Part shown: in pieces, positions 20,981 to 29,289 of the stretch
Numbering within the stretch: the stretch's first letter is position 1
How the letters are laid out: each line of letters begins with the position of its first letter
DNA from: an uncultured delta proteobacterium
GTDB lineage: Bacteria; Myxococcota_A; Polyangia; Polyangiales; Polyangiaceae
Direction of reading: 5' to 3'
Assembly (NCBI GenBank): GCA_963696385.1
Contig: CAVOKF010000005.1
Coordinates: 864,001-928,000, forward strand
Length of the DNA: 64,000 bases
Made by a program: the position numbers and the translations under genes
The notes under the pieces: model-generated
Database searches by the model: none
Seen by the model: the letters and a program-made list of their open reading frames with translations, nothing else
What the model was told of the DNA's origin: nothing

Positions 20981-23900
20981 CGGGCGACGATAGTAGCGCC
21001 GTCTGCGCGGCGCTGGGGGCCTTCCGCGCGGGTAAGATCCACGACCATGGCCTCGTTCACTTCTTCCGGAATCAGGCCATACGCCTCCGCCGCCGCGATG
21101 AGCCCGGCGTTCGGCGCGAGCTGCGTTAGAAATGCCCGCGAGTACGGCGTCGCTCGCAGGCCCCGCAGGCGCGTCACCAGCCGGGGCATGCCCCGCGCGA
21201 TTGCGCCGCGCGCCTCCGCCAGGTCACCGAGGTCGACGCACGCATCGTGAAGTGCGAGAAATACCGGCGTCTCGTTGAGCAGGCTCGGCGATCCGCCGTC
21301 GAAGAGCCCAGACGCCTCGCGCGCGAGCGCCCTCGACCGTTCCGAGTTGCCGCATCGTCGCTCCGACTCCGCCCAGAGGCCGAGTGCCACCGGCAGAACG
21401 TCGAGCATCTTGGTCGCCCGATACCCTTGCGTGGCAGTGCGCAGTAGCGTGCGAGCGTCCGCCTCCGACGCGTTCGATCGTAGGATCTCCATGCCCCGAT
21501 AAAAGAGGATCCCCAGGGTGGCGCGGTCGTGCGGGACCCAGCTTCCGGCGACGGCCGCGTCGGCCGTGGCGCGCGTCTCGATCAGCGCGGCGTCGAGAGC
21601 CGCGTCGCTGCCGAAGGTCGCCGCCCAACAGAGAGCAATCATTTTGCCGTGGCGTTCGACGCCCGGCGAGCCGATGGCCTGCGCAAGCGCGATGCCGCCT
21701 TCGATCGCGGCGCGAGCCTCCGCCCTTGCGCCGACCGTTGTCAGCGCGAACCCCACGTTGATCGTGAGCATGGCCTCGCGGGTCTTGAGCCCCGCCGCAC
21801 TGGCCGTGTGCGCCGCGCTCCATCGAGCCTCGAGCGCGGCCCCGACCTCGCCTTTGGCCTGCCGCACCACCGCGAGAGTCTGCCACGCGTCGACTTCGGC
21901 GCTCGCCATGGCGTAAAGCCGGGAAAGCGTCAGCAAGAGCCCCGCCACGTTCTCGGCGGCATCGAGCTCGCCCGCGTACGCGTAGCGCGCCGCCAGGGCT
22001 GCGGCGCACCGCGCTTCTTCATCCGTCACGGACGCATCTCGGGCCGCGCGTCGCACTTCGTCGAGCCGGGCGCTCGTGTCGGGTCCACCGCCGACGGCGT
22101 CCTGGTAACGTACGCGCGCGCCGCGGGCTCGCACCTCGCTCGCGATGTCGTGGACGGACTCCTCCATCGCCCGCACGGCCGTTTCGCGCTCGGCCGCACG
22201 CAGATCGAGCCGGTTCCACGCTTCGTCGAGGAGTTGCGCGCGCGCAAACTGGGTCGGCTTGTCCTCGGCGAACGCAAGCGCCTTTTCGGCGAGCGCCACG
22301 GCCTCCGGAAGCGCGTGCGCTGCGAGAGATCGTCGGGCTGCTTTTTCGAGGTAGCCGGCCGCGGTGAGCCCGTCGCCCCCGAGTTCCAGGTGGCGCGCCA
22401 CGACGGCGTCGTCCTCGCCCATCGTTGCGAGCCACCGCCCGGCGCGCCTGTGGCATTCGCGCAGCAAATCCTCGCCGAGCGATGCGTAGGCGACTTCGCG
22501 CATGAGCGCGTGTTTAAATGCGAATTCTCGTGTCCCCGGGAATCGCGCGTGGGCTTGCTCGACGAGGATCTCGGCGGCGGTGAGATCGTGCACGGCGTCG
22601 GGCGCGCGGTCGACGCCGATCGCCAGAAGCCCTACGTCCCACCCCACGTGGCCGAAGACCGCGAGTTTGGCGGCCGCGTCCCGCCCTGAATCGTCGAGCG
22701 CGTCAAGGTGCACCTGCAGCGCGGCCTCGATGGTCGGCGCGTCGGATGCATTGCGTCCGGCGGCGGCGAGGCGGGCGAGCTCTTCGGCGAAGAGCGGCAG
22801 TCCCGCGGATTGCTGGGCGATCGAGTCGGCGAGGGCCTCGCCGCGGTCGCCGTGCGCACGGTCGCCGAGAATCGACACCGCGATGGCCCTCGCGTGCCGT
22901 CGCGACAGAGGCCGCAGCTCGATGCGCACGTGGTCGCGTCCTTCGAAGCGAGCGGGATCGTCGCGCCAGAGAGTCGGGCGCGCCGCCGCGATCACGCAAA
23001 GGGCCCGGCCGCTCGCTCGCGCCAGCAGATGATCGATCCAAGCCATGCTTTCGGTATCCGCCCATTGTGCGTCCTCGAGGACGAGAACCAGAGGGGTGCG
23101 TTTGGCCATGCCGAGGGTGATGTCGGTGAGCACCAGCCACAGCGCGTCTCTCGAGCCACGGGCGTCGTCCAGATGCGGGAGGGCCTCGTTCGTGACGAGG
23201 CGTGCGAGCAGCTCGCGGGAGGCGACCGAGCAGGGCACGCGCGTCCACGCGAGCAGGGCTTCGGTGGCTTCGAGCGCCTCGTCCATTCGGGCGCCGCGCG
23301 CCATTCCGGTGAGTCCTCGGGCCACGTCGCCGACGGTGCCGAGGGCGTGGTTCCGGGCGAACGATTCGCTTCGGGTGAGCAGCACGCGCGGGGCGGACGC
23401 GTGGCTCGCGATGCGCGAGAGCGCTTCGCGCTGCAAGCGTGTTTTGCCGATCCCGGGGGCCCCGGTGATGGTGACGACGATCGGGGTGTCGTCGTCGACG
23501 CCGCGTTCGAACGCCGCGACAATCTGCGCGAGCTCCGCCTGCCGCCCGACGAACGGCGCGCCGCCGACTGTCTCGCGCCGCCCTCGCACGGGCACCCCCA
23601 CCACGGCGCTCCCGTCGTCGTTCAGCTGCAACTCGAAGCGTCCCCTCGTCAGCTCCGTCGTCGTCGTGTCGGCCAGCACCTGGCCGCGTTGCGCGTCGCG
23701 CGCGAGCGCCGCCGCCCGGTCGACGACTTCGCCGGTAGGTCGCGTCCGATCCATGCGCGTGCGCCCGGTAGCCACGCCTACCGTCGCGCTCAATCGGGCG
23801 ATGCGCAGCCCCAAATCGAGCGCTCGCCCGGCCTCATCGCCCTGAGCCTTGCGCACCCCCAAATGACAGACGATTGCGTCGCCGCCGAGCTCCGTGGCGT

Positions 23901-24924
23901 CCGCGCCGCGCGCTCGCAGGTGCGTCAGCAGGCGAGCGCGCGGTGCGCCCTTCGGGACCTGAGTGGCGACAATCGTCGTCACCAGCCGCGTGCCACCGCC
24001 TTTGCCCGTCGTCGCCACGCTCGCCGCCGTCGCCTGGTAACCGCCGTCGATCTGGGGTCGCCGGTTCGAGTCCGAGCCGAGCGCATCGGCTATTTCGCGC
24101 AGCTCGCGGCCGACCTCGGAGGCCGAGGACGGACGCTCGCCAGGGGCTGTCGCGAGCAATCGTGCCACGAGATCGTCGAGGCGACGCGGTGCGTCCGGAT
24201 AGATGTCGGCCAGCCGGGGCGCGGGAGTCGTGACCAAACGCGCGAGGATCGCGATGGGGGTCGGGCCCACATGCGGGGGCCGCCCCGTGACCATCTCGAA
24301 AAGGGTGGCGCCGAGGGCGTAAAGATCGGCGCGCGCGTCGACCTCGCCGTCACCGCGCGCCTGCTCGGGCGCCATGTATGCGGGAGTTCCGACGATCGCG
24401 CCGGTGCGCGTGAGCTTCGAGTCCACGGCCGACGCCACGCCGAAGTCGACGAGCTTGACCCGAAACGGGCCGGATTGTCCCGGTGCGCTGCCGAGCAGGA
24501 AGATGTTGGACGGCTTGACGTCGCGGTGAACAATCCCGGCCGCGTGCGCGGCCGCGAGCGCGTCTCCGACCTGCGCGACGATCCCCAGGCAATCGCCGAG
24601 CGGAAGGGGAGCGCGCCGCTGGCGCTGTGCGATGTCCTCGCCCTCCAGCCACTCCATGGCGACGTAGGGTTGTCCTTCGTCGAGTTGACCGAACGCAACG
24701 ACCCGCACGATGGCCGGATGGTGCAGGGCGGCGAGCAATCGCCCCTCGCGCCGGAAGCGTGCTTCTTCGCCGGCGTCGATGCCGGGCAGCGCAATGACCT
24801 TCAGCGCGACCGGCTGTCCGCTTACCTGATCGTGGGCGCGGTACACGATGCCTACGCCGCCTCGGCCGACCTCGCGCTCGAGCACGAATCGCTGCGCGAG
24901 CAGCGGCGGCCTCGCTCCTGTCAT
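20977..24924 (-). CDS. Ser/Thr kinase - degenerate class III cyclase - AAA/STAND ATPase - TPR protein
   Basis: HRDVKPSN, DFG and GTPAYMAPEQ; GGDAIVCHLG/VGVATG/VVDRAAAL cyclase-like fold; PFVGR, GAPGIGKT (Walker A), VLEDAQWAD (Walker B), GLPLFAEEL and FKHALMREVAY; helical repeats. Confidence 0.9.
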   Translation of the reverse strand: MTGARPPLLAQRFVLEREVGRGGVGIVYRAHDQVSGQPVALKVIALPGIDAGEEARFRREGRLLAALHHPAIVRVVAFGQLDEGQPYVAMEWLEGEDIAQRQRRAPLPLGDCLGIVAQVGDALAAAHAAGIVHRDVKPSNIFLLGSAPGQSGPFRVKLVDFGVASAVDSKLTRTGAIVGTPAYMAPEQARGDGEVDARADLYALGATLFEMVTGRPPHVGPTPIAILARLVTTPAPRLADIYPDAPRRLDDLVARLLATAPGERPSSASEVGRELREIADALGSDSNRRPQIDGGYQATAASVATTGKGGGTRLVTTIVATQVPKGAPRARLLTHLRARGADATELGGDAIVCHLGVRKAQGDEAGRALDLGLRIARLSATVGVATGRTRMDRTRPTGEVVDRAAALARDAQRGQVLADTTTTELTRGRFELQLNDDGSAVVGVPVRGRRETVGGAPFVGRQAELAQIVAAFERGVDDDTPIVVTITGAPGIGKTRLQREALSRIASHASAPRVLLTRSESFARNHALGTVGDVARGLTGMARGARMDEALEATEALLAWTRVPCSVASRELLARLVTNEALPHLDDARGSRDALWLVLTDITLGMAKRTPLVLVLEDAQWADTESMAWIDHLLARASGRALCVIAAARPTLWRDDPARFEGRDHVRIELRPLSRRHARAIAVSILGDRAHGDRGEALADSIAQQSAGLPLFAEELARLAAAGRNASDAPTIEAALQVHLDALDDSGRDAAAKLAVFGHVGWDVGLLAIGVDRAPDAVHDLTAAEILVEQAHARFPGTREFAFKHALMREVAYASLGEDLLRECHRRAGRWLATMGEDDAVVARHLELGGDGLTAAGYLEKAARRSLAAHALPEAVALAEKALAFAEDKPTQFARAQLLDEAWNRLDLRAAERETAVRAMEESVHDIASEVRARGARVRYQDAVGGGPDTSARLDEVRRAARDASVTDEEARCAAALAARYAYAGELDAAENVAGLLLTLSRLYAMASAEVDAWQTLAVVRQAKGEVGAALEARWSAAHTASAAGLKTREAMLTINVGFALTTVGARAEARAAIEGGIALAQAIGSPGVERHGKMIALCWAATFGSDAALDAALIETRATADAAVAGSWVPHDRATLGILFYRGMEILRSNASEADARTLLRTATQGYRATKMLDVLPVALGLWAESERRCGNSERSRALAREASGLFDGGSPSLLNETPVFLALHDACVDLGDLAEARGAIARGMPRLVTRLRGLRATPYSRAFLTQLAPNAGLIAAAEAYGLIPEEVNEAMVVDLTRAEGPQRRADGATIVAR

Positions 24925-25520
24925 GATCGCTTCCTCGATCCAAGAGCGAAAATCTCGGTGCTCGTCGCACGGGTCCCCTCGGGACGGATGAGCCGCTCCG
25001 ATTCGTACCAGCGGCGGACCTCCGCCCGTGCCGCCGGCAAGTCGTCGCTCATGAAGATCTTGCCCACGAACGAGCCCCCAGGCGCGCCGAGGGCGGATGC
25101 CGCCGCGAGCGCGCGCAGGAAGAGCTCAAAGCTGCGCGCTTGGTCCGTTGCGCGGTTGCCGGTCGTACGGGGTGCCATGTCGCTCAGCACCACGTCGTAG
25201 GGTGCGAAGCGGCCGAGGTCTTCGTTCGTCAACGACAGCGCGTCGCCCCGCACGAACGAGGAGTTTGCCGAAAGGGCGATCGTCAGTGGTTCGCGGTCGA
25301 CCGCCAGAAGCTTGCCGCCGTGACCGATGCGCTCCGCCGCATACATGGCCCAGCTGCCGGGAGCAGCGCCGAGGTCGAGCACGCGCATGCCCGCTTTCAA
25401 CAGGCGTGCGCGCCGATCCATCTCTTCGAGTTTGAAGACACTGCGGGCCGGGAATCCCGCTCGCTTCGCGGCCTTCGTGAAGTGGTCCGGCTTGGCGTAC
25501 GGGTTTCGGCGCGCCGGCAT
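24921..25520 (-). CDS. rlmE: 23S rRNA Um2552 2'-O-methyltransferase
   Basis: DHFTKAAK..GFPARSVFKLEE, LDLGAAPGSW, DVVLSDMAP, FVGKIF and P..TR.TSTE (K-D-K-E tetrad). Confidence 0.93.
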   Translation of the reverse strand: MPARRNPYAKPDHFTKAAKRAGFPARSVFKLEEMDRRARLLKAGMRVLDLGAAPGSWAMYAAERIGHGGKLLAVDREPLTIALSANSSFVRGDALSLTNEDLGRFAPYDVVLSDMAPRTTGNRATDQARSFELFLRALAAASALGAPGGSFVGKIFMSDDLPAARAEVRRWYESERLIRPEGTRATSTEIFALGSRKRS

Positions 25521-25632
25521 GGCAAACGGTGAGTTTGACGGCCCGCGTGCGCGCGTCAACGTTCTATGTGCTTCCCCCCCCAACCCCGTGGCTGTCCGAC
25601 ATTCGGACATCGGACCGCAACGTCGAGGGGGG

Positions 25633-25850
25633 CTATGGTTCTGTCTTCGAGATCCGCTGAATCATTCGGAGCGCCCTCGAAGACAGGACACTCGCCGAAG
25701 CCGCGGGAGCGGCTTCGCTCGGAAGAGCGTTTTCCCGAGGAAAACGCGGGGGCGGGAGCCGCCCCCAGAAACCGTCTACTGTCCCGGCGACGCCGCATAG
25801 CGGCGCGGTCCGCTGCATTTATGCAGCGGCCCTCAGAGACGGGACACTAG
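25633..25850. repeat. Hairpin-dense MITE/REP-like element or structured RNA
   Basis: Seven perfect 6-11-bp stems; imperfect terminal inverted repeats (13/19); right end CTAG coincides with the rplC stop. Confidence 0.6.
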
Positions 25851-26515
25851 CGCTTCGTCGACTTCTTGGCGCTCTTTACGGCCTGGCGGACGAGAACAAA
25901 GCCGTTGCGTGCGCCGGGAACTCCGCCTGCAAGGAGAAGGAGATGCTTTTCCGCGTCGACCCGGGCGACCTTCAAATTGAGAATCGACACGGTCTCATTG
26001 CCGTACTGTCCGCCCATTTTCAGGTTTGGCAGCGTTCGCCCCGGCGTCATGTTCGTTCCGATCGAACCCGGATGCCGACGGTACTCGTGGGTGCCGTGGG
26101 TGGTGACGGCGCCGGCGAAGCCCCACCGTCGTACCACTCCGGTAAAGCCTCGGCCGCGGGTGGTGCCCCGGGTATCGACCCTCATGCCCGGCTGGAAAAT
26201 CTCATCGAGCTTGAGAGGCCGACCGATCTCCCATTTGGCTGCGAACTCGGCATCGCATCGCAGCTCTTTGAGCAGGCGCTTCGGCGATGTGTTCGCCTTT
26301 TTGAAGAACCCCGCTACCGGTTTGCTGGTGTGCTTGTCCTTGCGATCCTCGAAACCGAGGATCAACGCTGTGTAGCCATCCTTCTCTATCGTGCGTTTGC
26401 CAACGACGACGACGGGGCCGGCCTGGATGACGGTGACCCGGGTGACGGTTCCGTCTTGCTCAAAGAGCTGTGTCGAGCCGACTTTGCGGCCGAAAATGCC
26501 CGGCTGGATGTTCAT
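25847..26515 (-). CDS. rplC: 50S ribosomal protein L3
   Basis: GRKVGSTQLF, VTVIQAGP, DGYTAL, GRGFTGVVRRWGF, THG..RHPGSIG, KMGGQYG and GGVPGA. Confidence 0.97.
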   Translation of the reverse strand: MNIQPGIFGRKVGSTQLFEQDGTVTRVTVIQAGPVVVVGKRTIEKDGYTALILGFEDRKDKHTSKPVAGFFKKANTSPKRLLKELRCDAEFAAKWEIGRPLKLDEIFQPGMRVDTRGTTRGRGFTGVVRRWGFAGAVTTHGTHEYRRHPGSIGTNMTPGRTLPNLKMGGQYGNETVSILNLKVARVDAEKHLLLLAGGVPGARNGFVLVRQAVKSAKKSTKR

Positions 26516-26657
26516 GCAATCTGCGCTCCAGTTCGCTCGCGCGTTCTTTGCCGCTGGCTCGAAAGCCGCGGCTCATGGGCCCGTCGGTGCGCGCCGTCCA
26601 CAAGCGAAAGGGACGGGTGGGCGTTCGTGGGCCCACGGCTCCTTCAGGCGGGCGCGA

Positions 26658-26685
26658 ACGATAGCTCGATGCTCAGCTCCGTCAA
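26658..26685 (-). promoter_or_regulatory. Putative sigma70 promoter of rplC
   Basis: TTGACG-N16-TATCGT on the minus strand, ~140 nt upstream of the ATG. Confidence 0.55.
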
Positions 26686-26809
26686 GTGCGGGAAAGGTTT
26701 CTGGCTTCGGCCCGGGGGCTCGCGGTTCGGGGTCGGCGTCGTTTGGAAACGCTCCCTGAGCCGATTGGCGCTTGGCGGGGGGTGTGCCGCGGCGGTACCC
26801 TGGTGGCAA

Positions 26810-27346
26810 ATGCCCGTCGCGAAGCCGGTGACTTGCCTGTCGTGTGGCTTTCAAAGAAACCCACCAGGATCGTCGCGGTGTGCGTCTTGCGGCGCCAAGA
26901 TGGAGGATCTGGCCCGTTCAAAGCGCTCGCGCGAAGACGAACTCGCCGGTCGTTACCAGCAGGAGGGCGTCAGCGTTCGCTGGCTCGCGATCGCGTTTCT
27001 CGTCCAAGGCGTCCTGACCGGCGCTCTCGTGTTCGGGCTGCCTATGGTCATGCCGATGCTCGACTTCGAGGGCCAAAACGGCATGCTCATCTGCGTTCCC
27101 GTATGGTTTCTCGGGGGCTTGCTCGTCGGGATGGTGTCGCCCGGTCGCACGTTCGTCGAGCCGGCCGTCGCCTCGTTGCTCGTGGCGATCCCGACGACGT
27201 TCCTGCTCATCCAGAGCCAGACGGTTCGGACGATGCCGGTATTTCTGTATCTCATCTTTGCCGCGATCGGCATTTTGCTGACGTTGATCGGCGCTTACAT
27301 GGGCGAGCGCATCCAGGTTGGCCCGCCCCCCAAGCCGGCGGAGTGA
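26810..27346 (+). CDS. Zinc-ribbon membrane protein
   Basis: CLSCG..N..CASCG followed by four TM helices. Confidence 0.8.
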   Translation: MPVAKPVTCLSCGFQRNPPGSSRCASCGAKMEDLARSKRSREDELAGRYQQEGVSVRWLAIAFLVQGVLTGALVFGLPMVMPMLDFEGQNGMLICVPVWFLGGLLVGMVSPGRTFVEPAVASLLVAIPTTFLLIQSQTVRTMPVFLYLIFAAIGILLTLIGAYMGERIQVGPPPKPAE

Positions 27347-28578
27347 CGGCCGTCGATGTCGCGATCATCGGAGGCGGCCCGGCCGGCTCCGTGTGCGCCG
27401 CGCGCCTCGCAGCACTGGGGCGCGACGTCGTGCTTCTCGAGCGAGAACGGCATCCGCGTTTTCATTTGGGCGAGTCGCTTTTGCCCCACAGCCTCGGTGT
27501 TCTCCAGGCCATCGGGATCCTCGACCGAATGCCCGGCCGCTTCCTCATCAAACGGGGGGCTCGCTTCGTCGATGGATCAGACGAGCGGCGACCGGTGCGA
27601 TACTCCTTTTCGGAAGCGTTCGACGCGAGATGGGATCACGCCTTCCAGGTGCCGCGCGACCAGTTTGACGAGCTTCTCTTCCGACGCGCCGAATCTTGCG
27701 GGGCGGACGCGCGCGAGGGTTGGGAAGTTACGCGCGTCGTGGTGGAGGGATCCCGGGCCGTCGGAGTGGAGACGCGCGGTCCCGATGGGGTCACCCGATC
27801 GATCGAAGCGCGGTTCGTCGTCGATGCCACCGGACGCGATGCGATGGTCGCGCGCGCAGCGGGACCCCTCGAACGCATCCCGGGGCTCGATCGAACGGCA
27901 CTTTATACTCAAGTGCGGGGTGCTTGGCGCGACGTCGGTGATCGGGAAGGCGACATCCAAATCGTCGTGTTCGGCGAGGGCACTGACCGCGGCTGGTTCT
28001 GGCTGATTCCGTTTGCCGACGGCCGAACGAGTGTTGGTGCGGTCGTGTCGGGGGCCTGGATAAGTAAGCGTCGTTCAACCGGTGGCCCCGCGGATCTCTT
28101 CCGGGAGGCGCTTGCGAGTGCCCCTGCGGTCGCGCGCATGCTCGACGGATCCGAGTCGCTTTTTGCGCCGCTCGCCACCGCGGACTTCAGCTTTCGCGTG
28201 CGATCCATGCGAGGGCAGGGGTGGCTGGCGCTCGGAGACGCGTCGGGCTTCATCGACCCGCTCTTTTCGACGGGGGCGCATCTTGCGATGACCGGGGGGC
28301 TGCGAGCCGCGCATGCGATGGACGAGTCCCTGCGAGCCGGCGATTTCGGTCCCGAACGCTTTGCCGATTGGGAGCGCGAACTGCGAATCGGCGTCGATCT
28401 ATTCGTCGGGGCGGTCCAAGCGTTTTACGCGTCCGACCTCGTGTCGTATATCTTCGCCGAGCCGCAGCACCCTTTTTTGCGCCGCGCGATCACATCGATG
28501 CTGGCGGGCGACGTTTTCGACGAAGATGCGCGCTGGGCGCGGGAGATGCGAAAGCGCTTCCCACCTCGCAGCGGATAG
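27343..28578 (+). CDS. Flavin-dependent halogenase-like oxidoreductase
   Basis: GGGPAG, HPRFHLGESLLP, FLIKRGA, RDQFDELL, DATGR, WFWLIP and GDASGFIDPLFSTG. Confidence 0.85.
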   Translation: MTAVDVAIIGGGPAGSVCAARLAALGRDVVLLERERHPRFHLGESLLPHSLGVLQAIGILDRMPGRFLIKRGARFVDGSDERRPVRYSFSEAFDARWDHAFQVPRDQFDELLFRRAESCGADAREGWEVTRVVVEGSRAVGVETRGPDGVTRSIEARFVVDATGRDAMVARAAGPLERIPGLDRTALYTQVRGAWRDVGDREGDIQIVVFGEGTDRGWFWLIPFADGRTSVGAVVSGAWISKRRSTGGPADLFREALASAPAVARMLDGSESLFAPLATADFSFRVRSMRGQGWLALGDASGFIDPLFSTGAHLAMTGGLRAAHAMDESLRAGDFGPERFADWERELRIGVDLFVGAVQAFYASDLVSYIFAEPQHPFLRRAITSMLAGDVFDEDARWAREMRKRFPPRSG

Positions 28579-28595
28579 GCCCGGCCCCTTTTGGC

Positions 28596-28952
28596 TCAGA
28601 TGTCTTTTTGATCGCGAACGCGTGCGGCCTTGCCCGCAAGGTCACGCAGGTAGAAGAGGCGCGCCCGGCGCACGACGCCCTTGCTGACGATGTCGACCTT
28701 CTCGATCCGTGGCGAATGGGAGAGAAATATGCGTTCCACACCCACGTTGAAGCTTATCTTGCGAACGGTGAACGTGCTCCGCGCGCCCGCCCTGTGCCGC
28801 TTGATGACGACGCCTTGAAACACCTGCGTGCGCTCCTTGTCGCCTTCGATGATTCGATAGTGAACCCGAACCGTGTCGCCGACGCGAAAATCGGGCAGGT
28901 CCGCTCGCAGCAGCGAAGACTCGAGTGCGGCAATGGTAGGCGACGTATTCAT
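28596..28952 (-). CDS. rplS: 50S ribosomal protein L19
   Basis: [44 protein letters not shown] and [10 protein letters not shown]. Confidence 0.97.
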   Translation of the reverse strand: MNTSPTIAALESSLLRADLPDFRVGDTVRVHYRIIEGDKERTQVFQGVVIKRHRAGARSTFTVRKISFNVGVERIFLSHSPRIEKVDIVSKGVVRRARLFYLRDLAGKAARVRDQKDI

Positions 28953-29003
28953 GGCGAAGCACCCGGCATCCGGCTGGAAAGCGACGGAAAATCCGGAGGG
29001 CGC

Positions 29004-29032
29004 CTTAAAGCATGCGATACACCGCGTGTCAA
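29004..29032 (-). promoter_or_regulatory. Putative sigma70 promoter of rplS
   Basis: TTGACA-N17-TTTAAG with an extended -10 TG. Confidence 0.6.
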
Positions 29033-29155
29033 CGCGAGGCGGGCGCTTGGTGTCCAGGGATCCGCGAGGACGATGACCTCTCGCTCCAGAATGAATCCAT
29101 AGGCTCCCGAAGAGTCGGACGTCGGCGGCGGCGCCTTCGAGCGGGACCCGACGGC

Positions 29156-29215
29156 GACCGCGACAACCGCGACCGCGACTACGCCGACCGCGATTACCGC
29201 GACCGCGACCCCGGG
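29156..29215. repeat. 15-nt-period tandem repeat, 4 units
   Basis: GACCGCGACAACCGC / GACCGCGACTACGCC / GACCGCGATTACCGC / GACCGCGACCCCGGG. Confidence 0.8.
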
Positions 29216-29289
29216 GCCCGCCTGCGGACTCCTCGGGTTCTCGGGAACAACGCGATCGAGACGGTGTCGACTATGTTGGAGCGACCGGC

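Noticed and set aside
22708..25200. Long antisense and alternate-frame ORFs (this one, 49732..51228, 39127..40845, 14128..15636, etc.)
   Set aside because: Shadow ORFs expected in GC-rich DNA opposite well-supported genes; no recognisable motifs.
25535..25609. TTGACG/CGTCAA inverted repeat and TGTCCGA hairpin as the rlmE promoter/operator
   Set aside because: The -10 match is poor and the stems are short; not supportable on its own.
25780..25846. tRNA (7-bp closing stem with internal arms)
   Set aside because: Only two arms, no TTCRA T-loop, no D-loop GG and no 7-nt anticodon loop.
29156..29215. CRISPR array
   Set aside because: Units are 15 nt, contiguous and have no unique spacers; no cas genes.
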